Sequence record: DRR723986_23114 | Reading direction: 5' to 3' (one strand) | DNA length: 39,139 bases | Part shown: positions 8,696 through 18,212 of the stretch, in pieces | Numbering within the stretch: the stretch's first letter is position 1 | Layout of the letters: each line of letters starts with the position of its first letter | Program-made: the position numbers and the translations under genes | Notes under the pieces: model-generated | The model's database searches: none | Told to the model about the DNA's origin: nothing | What the model saw: only the letters and a program-made list of their open reading frames with translations

Positions 8696-9700
8696 ATGAA
8701 AGTATCAGCATTTGCGGCCGCTGGCCCACAGGAAAAACTTGAAGCTTTCTCCTACGATATGGGAGAACTAGGATCGGAACAGGTCGATGTAAAAGTAATC
8801 AATTGTGGAATCTGCCACTCTGACCTAAGCATGATTAATAATGATTGGGGGATGACGGCTTATCCAATCGTACCTGGTCATGAAATTATAGGTGAAGTCA
8901 TCGCCACAGGAGATGCTGCAAAAAACATCAAAGTCGGTGACAAAGTAGGTATTGGCTGGTTTTCAGGATCTTGCATGGCATGCCACGAATGCATGGATGG
9001 TTCACATCATCTATGTGCATCTGCTGAATTCACCATTGGAGGAAGACATGGGGGCTTCGCTGATTATGTTAGAAGTCATTGGTCTTGGGCGATTCCACTT
9101 CCTGAAGGAATTGATTTGGCAAAAGCCGGACCTTTACTTTGCGGAGGAATCACAGTATTTAACCCCATCATTTTAGCGGGAGTAAAAGCAACAGACAAAG
9201 TCGGGGTAATTGGTATCGGTGGTTTAGGTCACATGGCTTTGAAATTCCTCAATAAATGGGGATGTGAAGTGATTGCTTTTAGCTCCTCCCCCGGTAAGAA
9301 AGAGGCAATCTTAGCAATGGGAGCAACTAAGGTGGTTGACTCAACTAATCCTGATGAATTAGCTACCATCGCTGGATCATTAAATTTCATTCTTAATACC
9401 ACTAATGTAAGCTTAGATTGGAATTCATACCTGACTGCTTTAGCTCCTAAAGGGAAATTCCATAATGTAGGTGCTGTTTTAGAGCCAATGGCAATTCCTG
9501 CATTTTCATTAATCACAGGAGAAAAGTCTGTAGCCGGAAGTCCTTTGGGAAGCCCTGCTCTTACTCGAACCATGCTTGAATTCTGTGTAAGACATGATAT
9601 TTATCCAATAACGGAAGAGTTCCCTATGTCAAAAGTAAACGAGGCTTTGGAGCATTTGAAATCGGGAAAAGCTAGGTACCGCATCGTATTAAAAAATTAA
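8696..9700 (+). CDS. ahr: Zn-dependent NAD(P)H aldehyde reductase/alcohol dehydrogenase (Ahr/YjgB-like)
   Basis: CGICHSD, PGHE, CxxCxxC structural Zn site, GPLLCGGITV, GIGGLGH and ARYRIVL. Confidence 0.88.
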   Translation: MKVSAFAAAGPQEKLEAFSYDMGELGSEQVDVKVINCGICHSDLSMINNDWGMTAYPIVPGHEIIGEVIATGDAAKNIKVGDKVGIGWFSGSCMACHECMDGSHHLCASAEFTIGGRHGGFADYVRSHWSWAIPLPEGIDLAKAGPLLCGGITVFNPIILAGVKATDKVGVIGIGGLGHMALKFLNKWGCEVIAFSSSPGKKEAILAMGATKVVDSTNPDELATIAGSLNFILNTTNVSLDWNSYLTALAPKGKFHNVGAVLEPMAIPAFSLITGEKSVAGSPLGSPALTRTMLEFCVRHDIYPITEEFPMSKVNEALEHLKSGKARYRIVLKN

Positions 9701-9807
9701 TTTTTAGATAAAGGCGTTCGATCTCATAAACTTCAATTTTACAACAAATAGGTTCGGTAGTTCCCTACGATTGATCGCCCCTACTAATCAGGTAAATTTA
9801 ACTAACC

Positions 9808-10200
9808 ATGAAATCAGAAAAACCAGAGTATTTCTGCCTCAGACCTGAGGTGGAAAAAGCATATGGCTACAGCCATGCTGTCAAGATTGGACATAGTATC
9901 AAAGTTTCCGGTGCAGTCAGCATGGATGAGGAAGGTACGCCAACAGCAGTTGGTGATCTTCTTCAGCAAATGAAAAACTGCTACAGTGATCTGGAAAAAG
10001 TATTAGCTCATTATGACTGCACCTTTGAAGATGTGGTTGCAGAGAATGTATTTACCACAGACATGCCTGGATTTTTAGAAAATGCTGCTTATAGAAACAG
10101 CATTTACACACAGCACTTCCCTACAGGTACATGGCTGGAGGTCAAAGGTCTGGCATTACCCGAATTTCTGATTGAGATTGAATTGGAAGTACATAAATGA
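9808..10200 (+). CDS. RidA/YjgF-family protein
   Basis: YSHAVKIG, VSGAV, R...FPTGTWLEVKGL and IEIE. Confidence 0.88.
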   Translation: MKSEKPEYFCLRPEVEKAYGYSHAVKIGHSIKVSGAVSMDEEGTPTAVGDLLQQMKNCYSDLEKVLAHYDCTFEDVVAENVFTTDMPGFLENAAYRNSIYTQHFPTGTWLEVKGLALPEFLIEIELEVHK

Positions 10201-10252
10201 TGCATTTCAGAAATCATAAATAATTAAATAAACCCACTAAAAGAATAGAAAT

Positions 10253-10654
10253 ATGGCAACTACAAACATGTCTATCATAGATGGACTTTACCAAGGATTT
10301 GCAGTCGGAGACATCCCGACTGTCCTGGGAAGTATGGATTCAAACATTGCTTGGAACGAAGCAGAAGGCAATGCCTATGCTGATGGCAATCCCTACATAG
10401 GACCTGACGCGGTACTGAACGGCGTTTTTGGTAGGATAATGCAGGAACATGAATATTTTAATCTGAAAGATATCGAGCTGCACGAGATGCTCAACGATAA
10501 AGTTTTGGCCACTTTGCGCTATGACGCCAAATACAAAGAAGGGAAGACTTACAATGCCCAAGTAGCACATTTATGGACACTAAAAGATGGAAAAATCGTG
10601 GCTTTCCAACAGTATGTGGACACCAAAAAATTACACGAAGCAAATACGAAGTAA
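10253..10654 (+). CDS. NTF2/SnoaL-like protein
   Basis: Y..F..GD, W.EAEG, HLWTLKDGKIVAFQQYVDT. Confidence 0.88.
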   Translation: MATTNMSIIDGLYQGFAVGDIPTVLGSMDSNIAWNEAEGNAYADGNPYIGPDAVLNGVFGRIMQEHEYFNLKDIELHEMLNDKVLATLRYDAKYKEGKTYNAQVAHLWTLKDGKIVAFQQYVDTKKLHEANTK

Positions 10655-10803
10655 ATAATCTCTATTCCCCAATGAGCACGGAATAGGAATTCCAATTCTG
10701 AGCTCATTGGGATCCTTTCACAGTTGTAGGCTTTAAACGTAAACACCCCAGAACAACCTGTTTATCAATAAACTACTATGAAAATTTAGTGAATCAACAA
10801 TCT

Positions 10804-11535
10804 CTACACCTTATTCATGAGCTTATACAGCTCGTCCTTGTACTGTTTTCCAATGGGAATGAGTTTATCCTTAAACTCTACATGAGAATCGGCTACGGCC
10901 TCCAATTTGGAGAAATTGACCATGAAGGATCTGTGGATTCTTACAAAGCGCTTTTGATCTATTTTTTCGCAAAGCTTATTTAAAGGACTGACGATGGTAT
11001 AGGATTGCTGCGTGGTAATTATTTTACAATAATTCCTTTCGGCCTCCACCCACAGAATTTCGTCCAGCATTACCTTTACCAATTTATTTTGGCTCCTGAT
11101 AAAAATCCTGTCTTCCTGAGCTTCTACAGAAGTATCCATGGAAGAAATATCTGCTGGATTTTTTTTAATTCTTTCCTCTACTAATGCAATTGTCCTTTCT
11201 AGATTTTGCTTGGAAAATGGTTTGGAAATAAAGGCAAAGGGATGGGTCTCTTTTGCTTTTTGAAAGGTAGAATCATCTTCATTTGCCGTTAGAAAAATCA
11301 AGGGAATATCCAAAAATTTATGGATTGTGTGGGCGACGTCTATCCCTGTAGCTTTTCCTTTCAATTGAATATCCATCAAAATAATGTCCGGCTTAGTCTC
11401 CAGTGCGTGATGGATGGCTTCTTCTCCCTTTGTTTCTATCCCAGTGACTTCATAACCTAGATTGGTTAACTGCAAACTGATATTCGCAGCTATAATCATA
11501 TCATCTTCTACAATCAAAATTCGAGTTGCACTCAT
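10804..11535 (-). CDS. LytTR-family response regulator
   Basis: REC domain (ILIVEDD, LMDI, FLTA, KP) plus LytTR domain (VEAERNY, RIHRSF, IPIG). Confidence 0.95.
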   Translation of the reverse strand: MSATRILIVEDDMIIAANISLQLTNLGYEVTGIETKGEEAIHHALETKPDIILMDIQLKGKATGIDVAHTIHKFLDIPLIFLTANEDDSTFQKAKETHPFAFISKPFSKQNLERTIALVEERIKKNPADISSMDTSVEAQEDRIFIRSQNKLVKVMLDEILWVEAERNYCKIITTQQSYTIVSPLNKLCEKIDQKRFVRIHRSFMVNFSKLEAVADSHVEFKDKLIPIGKQYKDELYKLMNKV

Positions 11536-13478
11536 GCGGCATTGTTTAGTAAAAATTCAAAAGAAAACTCCGTTCCTGAATCATTAATCAAGGTCATCCT
11601 TCCATCTAACTGGCGAGTAAGCAAACTGATCAGCTCTCTTCCAAAACCTGTACCCTGTGCAGTAGGATTATCCTGTATCCCAATTCCATTATCAGAAACC
11701 TTCAAGATAAGGTTTCCCTCCCTTTCAAATAGACTTACTGAAATCTTACCAGACTCTTGGTTGGGGAAAGCATACTTCAGGGAATTGGAGATCAATTCAT
11801 TCACAATCAAACCAATTGGGATAGCCACATCCACATCGAGTTCTAAGACTGGCATTTCTGCTGAAAAATCAATTCTATTCTCTGCATCAAAAGTATCCAA
11901 AATGAATCTCCCCAAGGCTTCAAAAAATGCTTTCATCTCCACCTGTTTTAGGTTACCCTCTTTATAAAGACTTAAATGAATCATACCCATACTTTGCACT
12001 CGGGTATAAGTTTCCTCCATCACTTGCTTAAACTTCGGATCATCAATTTTGGCGATCTGAAGGGTAAGTAGGCTTGAAATAGTTTCCAGATTGTTTTTGA
12101 CCCGGTGATGAATTTCTTTGAGCAAAAACTCTTTCTCCTTGTTCTTCTTCTCCAATAGTACGCTGTATTTCTTTTTCCGAAGGAACACTCGATAAAGCAG
12201 AAATAAGATCACTACCAATACGCCTGCGAGGGTAAGGTAAAATACCTGCAAAATGCGTTGTCTACTCAATGCTGCTTCTTGTAGCATTATGGTATTTTCC
12301 TTTTGAGCAACGTCCATCTGGGTCTGGAGTAGTGATATTTTTTCCTCCGCCTCTACAGTGAAAACATCATTTCGAAGTTCATCTGATTTCCTCGAAGCAA
12401 TCAGCGCTTTTTGAAATGATTCAGCACCTTCATAGGCTTTACTCAATTCCTCGTAGACCAAACTCAAGTAAAATTTATCCCCAAAGTTCTCGGTGGCTTC
12501 GACAATACTGGTTTCTAAATAGTCCGCTGCTTTAATAAAATCTCCGGACGCGTTACTTACTTTCCCTAAGGCCATATAGGAACGCATAATCATAAATTCG
12601 TTTTGCAGTAGCTCAGCATATCTCAGTGCCTCGAGACCGGAATTTTGAGCTTCTTCATAAGCTTCCTTTTGAGAATGAAGGTTGGCTAGCGCAATAAAGG
12701 TATCACTCAGATTATTATAAAAACCGTAGCGTTCTCCGATTTCTATGGAGTGCTGAAAATAGGTAACTGCTTCTTTCGGTCTATTTAAATCAACCATGTA
12801 TTGCCCTAATAAATGTAGGGTGAAATCATAATCAAGATCGTCAAGCCCCCTTTTTTCAAATATTTCAAGTGATTTTAGACCGTAATTCAGCGCGGCATCA
12901 AACTTCCCCTGTTTCCAAAAAAGATTACTCATATCGGAATATGCCATAGCAATCGCTTTGCTATCTTCATACTTTTCTCCTAGCTCAAGAGTTTTGGATG
13001 CATAGGTAAACGCCTCACCCAGCAATCCCTTTCGCTCATAGACATATCCTAAATTGGTATACAGTAACCAGCCTTCACTTTCTGGGATTTTGGTGATAGC
13101 GTCTGTTAACGCCTTTTCAGCCAAATCCAATTCCTCCATTCTCAGCAAAACAGCGCCTTGGGATACCAATAATTTTCCTTCCCAATACGATTCATTTTTG
13201 TCTCTGGCTTCCTGTAAACCCATTTCAATATACTCCAGAGCAATTTTCAGGTTTCGTGTATGATAATAATAGCCAAGATCATTTATCACCTGCAATCTTA
13301 AAGGGGAATCTTTTGGCATTTCAAACACCGCAGCCTCCATTTTATTCAAATAATCTTCTTGAAAATCATCCGATATTACAAAAACCTCATTGTAAAGGAA
13401 TAATCCATTTTTCACTTCGATTTGAGCAAATCCCGCGAATGAAATCAATAAAAAAGCTACTGAAAAAAAAATCTTCAT
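11532..13478 (-). CDS. TPR-containing sensor histidine kinase (HisKA_2 type)
   Basis: Signal peptide, TPR-like periplasmic region, one TM helix, EIHHRVKNNL, NELISNSLKYAF and DNGIG; overlaps the regulator start. Confidence 0.93.
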   Translation of the reverse strand: MKIFFSVAFLLISFAGFAQIEVKNGLFLYNEVFVISDDFQEDYLNKMEAAVFEMPKDSPLRLQVINDLGYYYHTRNLKIALEYIEMGLQEARDKNESYWEGKLLVSQGAVLLRMEELDLAEKALTDAITKIPESEGWLLYTNLGYVYERKGLLGEAFTYASKTLELGEKYEDSKAIAMAYSDMSNLFWKQGKFDAALNYGLKSLEIFEKRGLDDLDYDFTLHLLGQYMVDLNRPKEAVTYFQHSIEIGERYGFYNNLSDTFIALANLHSQKEAYEEAQNSGLEALRYAELLQNEFMIMRSYMALGKVSNASGDFIKAADYLETSIVEATENFGDKFYLSLVYEELSKAYEGAESFQKALIASRKSDELRNDVFTVEAEEKISLLQTQMDVAQKENTIMLQEAALSRQRILQVFYLTLAGVLVVILFLLYRVFLRKKKYSVLLEKKNKEKEFLLKEIHHRVKNNLETISSLLTLQIAKIDDPKFKQVMEETYTRVQSMGMIHLSLYKEGNLKQVEMKAFFEALGRFILDTFDAENRIDFSAEMPVLELDVDVAIPIGLIVNELISNSLKYAFPNQESGKISVSLFEREGNLILKVSDNGIGIQDNPTAQGTGFGRELISLLTRQLDGRMTLINDSGTEFSFEFLLNNAA

Positions 13479-13552
13479 CTTTAAATGTAAGAAATTGATT
13501 CATTTGAAAATCAGTTTTTTGTATATAAAATAAGCTTTGGCAAATATTTAAC

Positions 13553-13582
13553 GCAGTTGGGGAACAAACGAGCTACGTTCAT
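13553..13582 (+). promoter_or_regulatory. LytTR binding-site pair upstream of the NTF2 lipoprotein gene
   Basis: GCAGTTGGG-N12-TACGTTCAT; the second half-site fits [TA][AC][CA]GTTN[AG][TG] exactly. Confidence 0.6.
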
Positions 13583-13672
13583 ACTAGATCGTTTTTCATT
13601 TGACTTAAAAAAATCCAACTTCTCTTCCAGTAAACCTATTTATTGACTCACGAACTCTAAAAATCAAGTCAC

Positions 13673-14191
13673 ATGAAAAATTTAATTATTGCTATGCTGT
13701 TTCTTTTGACGATGGCATGCACTACTCAAACAAGGTATACTCAGCAATCTGCTGAGATCGAAACCGTCAAATCTGCAATTACTAATTATGCCAATGGTGA
13801 TTGGGACAATTATGCAAGTAATTATGCAGAAAATGCCGCGATCTTTTTTAACGCAACAGAAGAAAATCCAGCAACTGTCGCGGAAACAATTGCTAGCCAA
13901 AAACTCTCTGTAGAGCCATTTTCCACTTACACTTTCGATCGGGAAAATGATGAATATGAAATGGTGGTAACTGACGAAGGTGAAACTTGGGTGAATTTCT
14001 GGGGCACATGGAAAGGAACTCTTGCCGCAACTGGAGAAGATTTTGTAATTCCAGTACACCTTACCTACCAATTTGTAGATGGAAAAATTGTAAAAGCGCA
14101 CGGATACTGGAATAATACTGCAGTTCAAATGACTTTGATGGAACTGCAAAAAGGAGCAGAGGAAATGGCGGCTATGGAGACCCCTGAATAA
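13673..14191 (+). CDS. NTF2/SnoaL-like lipoprotein
   Basis: Lipobox-like MAC; WVNFWGTW and IPVHLTYQFVDGKIV. Confidence 0.8.
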   Translation: MKNLIIAMLFLLTMACTTQTRYTQQSAEIETVKSAITNYANGDWDNYASNYAENAAIFFNATEENPATVAETIASQKLSVEPFSTYTFDRENDEYEMVVTDEGETWVNFWGTWKGTLAATGEDFVIPVHLTYQFVDGKIVKAHGYWNNTAVQMTLMELQKGAEEMAAMETPE

Positions 14192-14286
14192 AACCACTTA
14201 ACGCATTTTTTTAATTTCCAGGAGGTGGCTCATTGAATAAGCAGAGCTATCCTCTTGGAATCAATCCTTTACTTTTCAAAAAGCAA

Positions 14287-14316
14287 TAAAAAAAGCCAGT
14301 GTCACCACTGGCTTTT
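14287..14316 (-). terminator. Terminator of the trp/aroF operon (probably bidirectional)
   Basis: AAAAAAAGCCAGTG-TCAC-CACTGGCTTTT. Confidence 0.85.
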
Positions 14317-14324
14317 GAGCTTCT

Positions 14325-15344
14325 TTATAACAAATCAAATCCTTTTCGCATCGCGAAACTTTCCCTGATCCAGCTTGCGAGTCTTGCACTTTGAGCAAAA
14401 TCCAAGGTCTGCTGTCCATCTGAGTAAGCTTTCTCAGGAACTTCATGAGATTCATAGATTATTCCGTCAGCTCCGGACATCACTCCCGCCAATGCCATCT
14501 GAGGCACATAGGCACGAATCCCTATTCCGTGCGAAGGATCTACAATAACTGGTAAGTGTGATTTAGCTTTCAAAATCGGAATAGCATTTAGGTCCAATGT
14601 ATTTCTGGAAGCTCTTTCATAGGTTCTGATCCCTCTTTCACATAAAATCAGTTTCTCATTTCCTCCTGAAAACACATACTCAGCGGATTGCAAAAGCTCT
14701 TCGATTGTACCTGAGATACCACGCTTGATCATCACTGCCTTATCTACTTTCCCAAGTTCATCGAGAAGGTTGAAATTCTGGGAATTTCTAGCTCCCACCT
14801 GATACACATCCACGTAAGGATACATTTCTTCTATCTGGGAAGTTTGCATCACTTCGGTGACGATCTTAATCCCAGATTCACTGGCGATTTGATGCCAAAG
14901 TTTTAGTCCTTCCAAACCCAAACCACGGAAAGCATAAGGGCTACTTCTAGGTTTGAAGACCCCGCCACGCATCATCTTAATGTCATTTTCCACGCAGTGG
15001 GCCACTACGGCACGGATTTGCTCTTCCGTCTCGATGGAGCAAGGCCCGGTGATCACAGCCATTTCCCCTTCTTTGATGAATACACCATCACCCAAATCAA
15101 CAGAAGTTGGCTTAGCTTTCCACTTTTTGGACACCAACTTATACTCGTCAGAGACGATATGAATATCGATGATTCCGTCCATCTGGCCGATTTTACGGAT
15201 ATCAAATTCCTTTTTACCAATACCGATTAGGTAGTCTCCTAATTGTGTTTTGACTTCTGTGGTCTTATAGCCGATTCCATTGACCTCATTGATCAATTTA
15301 TCTTTTTGGCTATCGGAAATATCGGGTTGAAGTTGAATAATCAT
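14325..15344 (-). CDS. aroF: DAHP synthase, type I-beta with N-terminal regulatory domain
   Basis: GPCSIE, KPRSSPY, QVGARN, KRG, LCERGIR, DPSH and SDG motifs. Confidence 0.93.
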   Translation of the reverse strand: MIIQLQPDISDSQKDKLINEVNGIGYKTTEVKTQLGDYLIGIGKKEFDIRKIGQMDGIIDIHIVSDEYKLVSKKWKAKPTSVDLGDGVFIKEGEMAVITGPCSIETEEQIRAVVAHCVENDIKMMRGGVFKPRSSPYAFRGLGLEGLKLWHQIASESGIKIVTEVMQTSQIEEMYPYVDVYQVGARNSQNFNLLDELGKVDKAVMIKRGISGTIEELLQSAEYVFSGGNEKLILCERGIRTYERASRNTLDLNAIPILKAKSHLPVIVDPSHGIGIRAYVPQMALAGVMSGADGIIYESHEVPEKAYSDGQQTLDFAQSARLASWIRESFAMRKGFDLL

Positions 15345-15349
15345 TATTA

Positions 15350-15380
15350 AGTACGATTTATGAAATACGATTTACGAGGA
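15350..15380. repeat. TTTACGA-type heptamer array directly before the aroF start
   Basis: Plus strand AGTACGA TTTATGA AATACGA TTTACGA GGA. Confidence 0.8.
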
Positions 15381-15431
15381 TGTCTTCAATTGAAATTTGT
15401 TGGCGAAGTTATTTATATGGGTATTTATGTT

Positions 15432-15842
15432 TCAATCCTCCCAGAATTTATCATCAAATAGAAAGTTTTGAATCATCCACTTATCATCTGCTTTGTAAAA
15501 TAAAAAGGTGAACCTTAGTGGTTGTCTATCATATTTAGCAAAATAGACAAGTTTTATTAGGCTCTCCCCTCTTTCCATTTGTGATATTTTTTCATACCCT
15601 CGATAATCACCAATTATTCCTAAGGCTCCTTGTAGCTGAACTTTCACCTGATCCAATGCTCCTGGATTTTGAGTTAGCCATGGATTATCCTCAAACAATG
15701 CAAGCAAGGCTTCATTAGGAGATTTTTCGTAGGCATTAAAAAATTCCACAACTATTTTCTCAGGATCCGTCTGAGAAAAAGCTTGTTGGGAGAATGACAA
15801 AAGCGTAAAAACAAAGAAAATAATCAGAATATAGAATTTCAT
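15432..15842 (-). CDS. Hypothetical secreted protein inserted between trpA and aroF
   Basis: ORF with a signal peptide from MKFYILIIFF (ATG 15842); no recognisable trp function. Confidence 0.75.
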   Translation of the reverse strand: MKFYILIIFFVFTLLSFSQQAFSQTDPEKIVVEFFNAYEKSPNEALLALFEDNPWLTQNPGALDQVKVQLQGALGIIGDYRGYEKISQMERGESLIKLVYFAKYDRQPLRFTFLFYKADDKWMIQNFLFDDKFWED

Positions 15843-15880
15843 AAGGCGATGAGAATTTAAATTTCTGTAACGATACATTT

Positions 15881-16660
15881 TCAATTCACCACTGATTGAA
15901 TGTAATTCTGGATATCTTCACTCAGATTTTTCGAATCTTTTATTGTCTTGATGAAAGCCGAACCTATAATGGCTCCATTACTATAATTGGAAGCGGTGGT
16001 AAATGTTTCCGAATCTGAAATCCCAAATCCAATTAATCTAGGATTCTTAAGATTCATAGCTTTTACCCGCTCGAAATATGCAATCTGCTCCTCGGTGATT
16101 CCTGCCTTCGCACCTGTGATGCTATGTGAAGAAACCATGTAGATAAAGCCAGAGGTATTTTCGTCTATCTCTCTAATTCGCTTTTCGCTGGTTTGAGGTG
16201 AAATAAGAAAGGTATTGACCAAGCCATACTGCTCAAACAACTGCTTATAATCATCCAAATATTGCTGCATAGGTAGGTCAGGCAAAATCAAACCATCCAC
16301 TCCGACTTCTTTGCACTTTTGGCAGAAAGCCTCCATTCCGTACTGCATAATTGGATTGAGATAGCCCATCATCACTACTGGAATATGGATTTTGGCACGA
16401 AAACCTCTCAGTTGCTCAAAGATCTTTTTCAATGAAATCCCGTTTTCCAGCGCAATCATATTGCTATCCTGAATAGTTGGTCCATCCGCCACTGGGTCTG
16501 AATACGGCACGCCAATCTCAATAATATCAGCTCCTCCAGCCTGGGCAGCCTCCATGATCGGCATCGTATCTTCCAATGCCGGAAAACCTGCAGTGAAGTA
16601 GATTGATAATACTCTGGAGTCCTTTTCTTTAAATAATTTATGTATTCGGTTCATTTGCAT
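15881..16660 (-). CDS. trpA: Tryptophan synthase alpha subunit (start at 16660 or 16654)
   Basis: IEIGVPYSDPVADGPTIQ, MGYLNP, PDLP, IGFGIS and IIGSA. Confidence 0.97.
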   Translation of the reverse strand: MQMNRIHKLFKEKDSRVLSIYFTAGFPALEDTMPIMEAAQAGGADIIEIGVPYSDPVADGPTIQDSNMIALENGISLKKIFEQLRGFRAKIHIPVVMMGYLNPIMQYGMEAFCQKCKEVGVDGLILPDLPMQQYLDDYKQLFEQYGLVNTFLISPQTSEKRIREIDENTSGFIYMVSSHSITGAKAGITEEQIAYFERVKAMNLKNPRLIGFGISDSETFTTASNYSNGAIIGSAFIKTIKDSKNLSEDIQNYIQSVVN

Positions 16661-16981
16661 TTACGATTTAGGATATTGGATTTACGAGCGCCTCTTTAAA
16701 ATTGAGACTTTTTCCCATTCCAGCATCAACTATTTTAGTTCAACCCTTTCAGGGTTGGTATTCAATTTTAAAATTTCTTTCTCATGGGTTGCCCCCATGG
16801 CTAATCTTGGTTAACCCCTTTTAAGGTTAATAGTGAAAGGTTCGTCTCAGGTTTCGGTCACTTCATTATTCAGCCTTCAACATTCTTCATTCACTATTAT
16901 TTTGTTTAGGAAAAGCATGAATTATACGATGACGATTGAAGTTCAAAATGTCCTCGTAAATCCGATATCATAAATCCCAAA
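16660..16981. repeat. trpB-trpA spacer bounded by inverted heptamer arrays
   Basis: 16660-16688 TTTACGA TTTAGGA TATTGGA TTTACGA G versus the reverse complement of 16953-16981, TTTGGGA TTTATGA TATCGGA TTTACGA G (25/29). Confidence 0.85.
16741..16830. repeat. REP-like palindrome cluster
   Basis: CAACCCT-TTC-AGGGTTG, CATGGG-TTGCC-CCCATG and TTAACC-N8-GGTTAA. Confidence 0.65.
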
Positions 16982-18160
16982 TCAATACTGCCCCCATTTA
17001 ATATAAGTGTCCAGATCCTTATCGCCTCTTCCTGACAAGTTGATCACAATCACATCATCTTTGGAATATTCAATCAAGTTTAATGCATGTATCGCATGAG
17101 CAGATTCGATTGCTGGGATTATCCCTTCCAATCTACTTAACTCAATTCCTGCAGCCATTGCATCTTTATCCTCCACTGCTACGAATTCACCTCTTCCTAC
17201 ATCAAATAAATGAGCATGAACAGGACCGATTCCAGGATAATCCAATCCAGCAGAAATAGAATGTGGCTCTACAACTTGCCCGTCCTCTGTCTGCATCAAA
17301 ATCGTCTTTGATCCATGCAAAACACCTGGAGTTCCAAGAACAGTAGTTGCGGCTGATTTCCCAGACAAAACGCCCAGACCAGCAGCTTCCGAAGCAACTA
17401 AGCGAACTTGCGGGGTATTATAATAGTGATAAAAAGCACCAGCAGCATTTGATCCTCCACCCACACAGGCAATCACGATATCCGGATTTTCTGTTCCTTC
17501 TTTCTCTTTGAGCTGCCATTTGATTTCCTCCGAAATCACGGATTGAAATCTGGCCACCATCTCTGGATAAGGGTGCGGTCCTACTACCGATCCAATGATG
17601 TAATGTGTATCCACAGGGTTATTGATCCAAGCTCGCATAGCTTCGTTTGTAGCATCTTTGAGTGTTTTCGAACCCGAAGTAGCAGGCACAACTGTAGCTC
17701 CCAAAATCTTCATCCGCTCCACGTTTGGATGCTGACGTGCGATATCTATTTCGCCCATGTATATGGTACACTCCATCCCCATCAGCGCACAAACTGTTGC
17801 TGTTGCCACACCATGTTGACCCGCTCCGGTTTCTGCGATGATTCGCTTTTTCCCAAGCTTCTTCGCCAAGATGATCTGACCTATGGTATTGTTGACTTTA
17901 TGAGCTCCGGTATGACAAAGATCTTCTCGCTTTAAATATACTTTTGCCCCGTACTTTTCTGAAAGTCTAGAAGCAAAATACAAAGGAGTAGGCCTGCCTA
18001 CATAGTCTTTCAGCAATCCTCTGAATTCATCCTGAAACTCCTGCGAAGCCATGATTGACTCGTAGTTTTCTTTCAGCTCTTCCACGTTTGGGTGCAACAT
18101 TTCGGGGATATAAGCTCCTCCAAATTTGCCGTAAAAACCCTTTTCATCTACTTTGATCAT
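16982..18160 (-). CDS. trpB: Tryptophan synthase beta subunit
   Basis: [12 protein letters not shown] (PLP lysine), [22 protein letters not shown] and NLSGRGDKD; start moved to ATG 18160. Confidence 0.98.
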   Translation of the reverse strand: MIKVDEKGFYGKFGGAYIPEMLHPNVEELKENYESIMASQEFQDEFRGLLKDYVGRPTPLYFASRLSEKYGAKVYLKREDLCHTGAHKVNNTIGQIILAKKLGKKRIIAETGAGQHGVATATVCALMGMECTIYMGEIDIARQHPNVERMKILGATVVPATSGSKTLKDATNEAMRAWINNPVDTHYIIGSVVGPHPYPEMVARFQSVISEEIKWQLKEKEGTENPDIVIACVGGGSNAAGAFYHYYNTPQVRLVASEAAGLGVLSGKSAATTVLGTPGVLHGSKTILMQTEDGQVVEPHSISAGLDYPGIGPVHAHLFDVGRGEFVAVEDKDAMAAGIELSRLEGIIPAIESAHAIHALNLIEYSKDDVIVINLSGRGDKDLDTYIKWGQY

Positions 18161-18163
18161 AAT

Positions 18164-18212
18164 TCTATAGTTGATGGCTGATAGACCATGGACCATGGAC
18201 TACCAACTATGG
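18164..18212. repeat. Head-to-head heptamer hairpin in the trpF-trpB spacer
   Basis: Transcript TAG TTGGTAG TCCATGG TCCATGG TCTATCA GCCATCA ACTATAG; outer ATAGTTG pairs with CAACTAT. Confidence 0.7.

Noticed and set aside
9713-9780. Possible LytTR half-sites before the RidA gene
   Set aside because: No convincing partner at the 21-bp period.
10667-10711. Hairpin CCCAATGAGC...GCTCATTGGG (also 14216-14260)
   Set aside because: Both lie between convergent genes and are adequately explained as terminators or 3' stabilisers.
13682-14197. 171-aa minus-strand ORF
   Set aside because: Fully antisense to the NTF2 lipoprotein gene and has an implausible composition.
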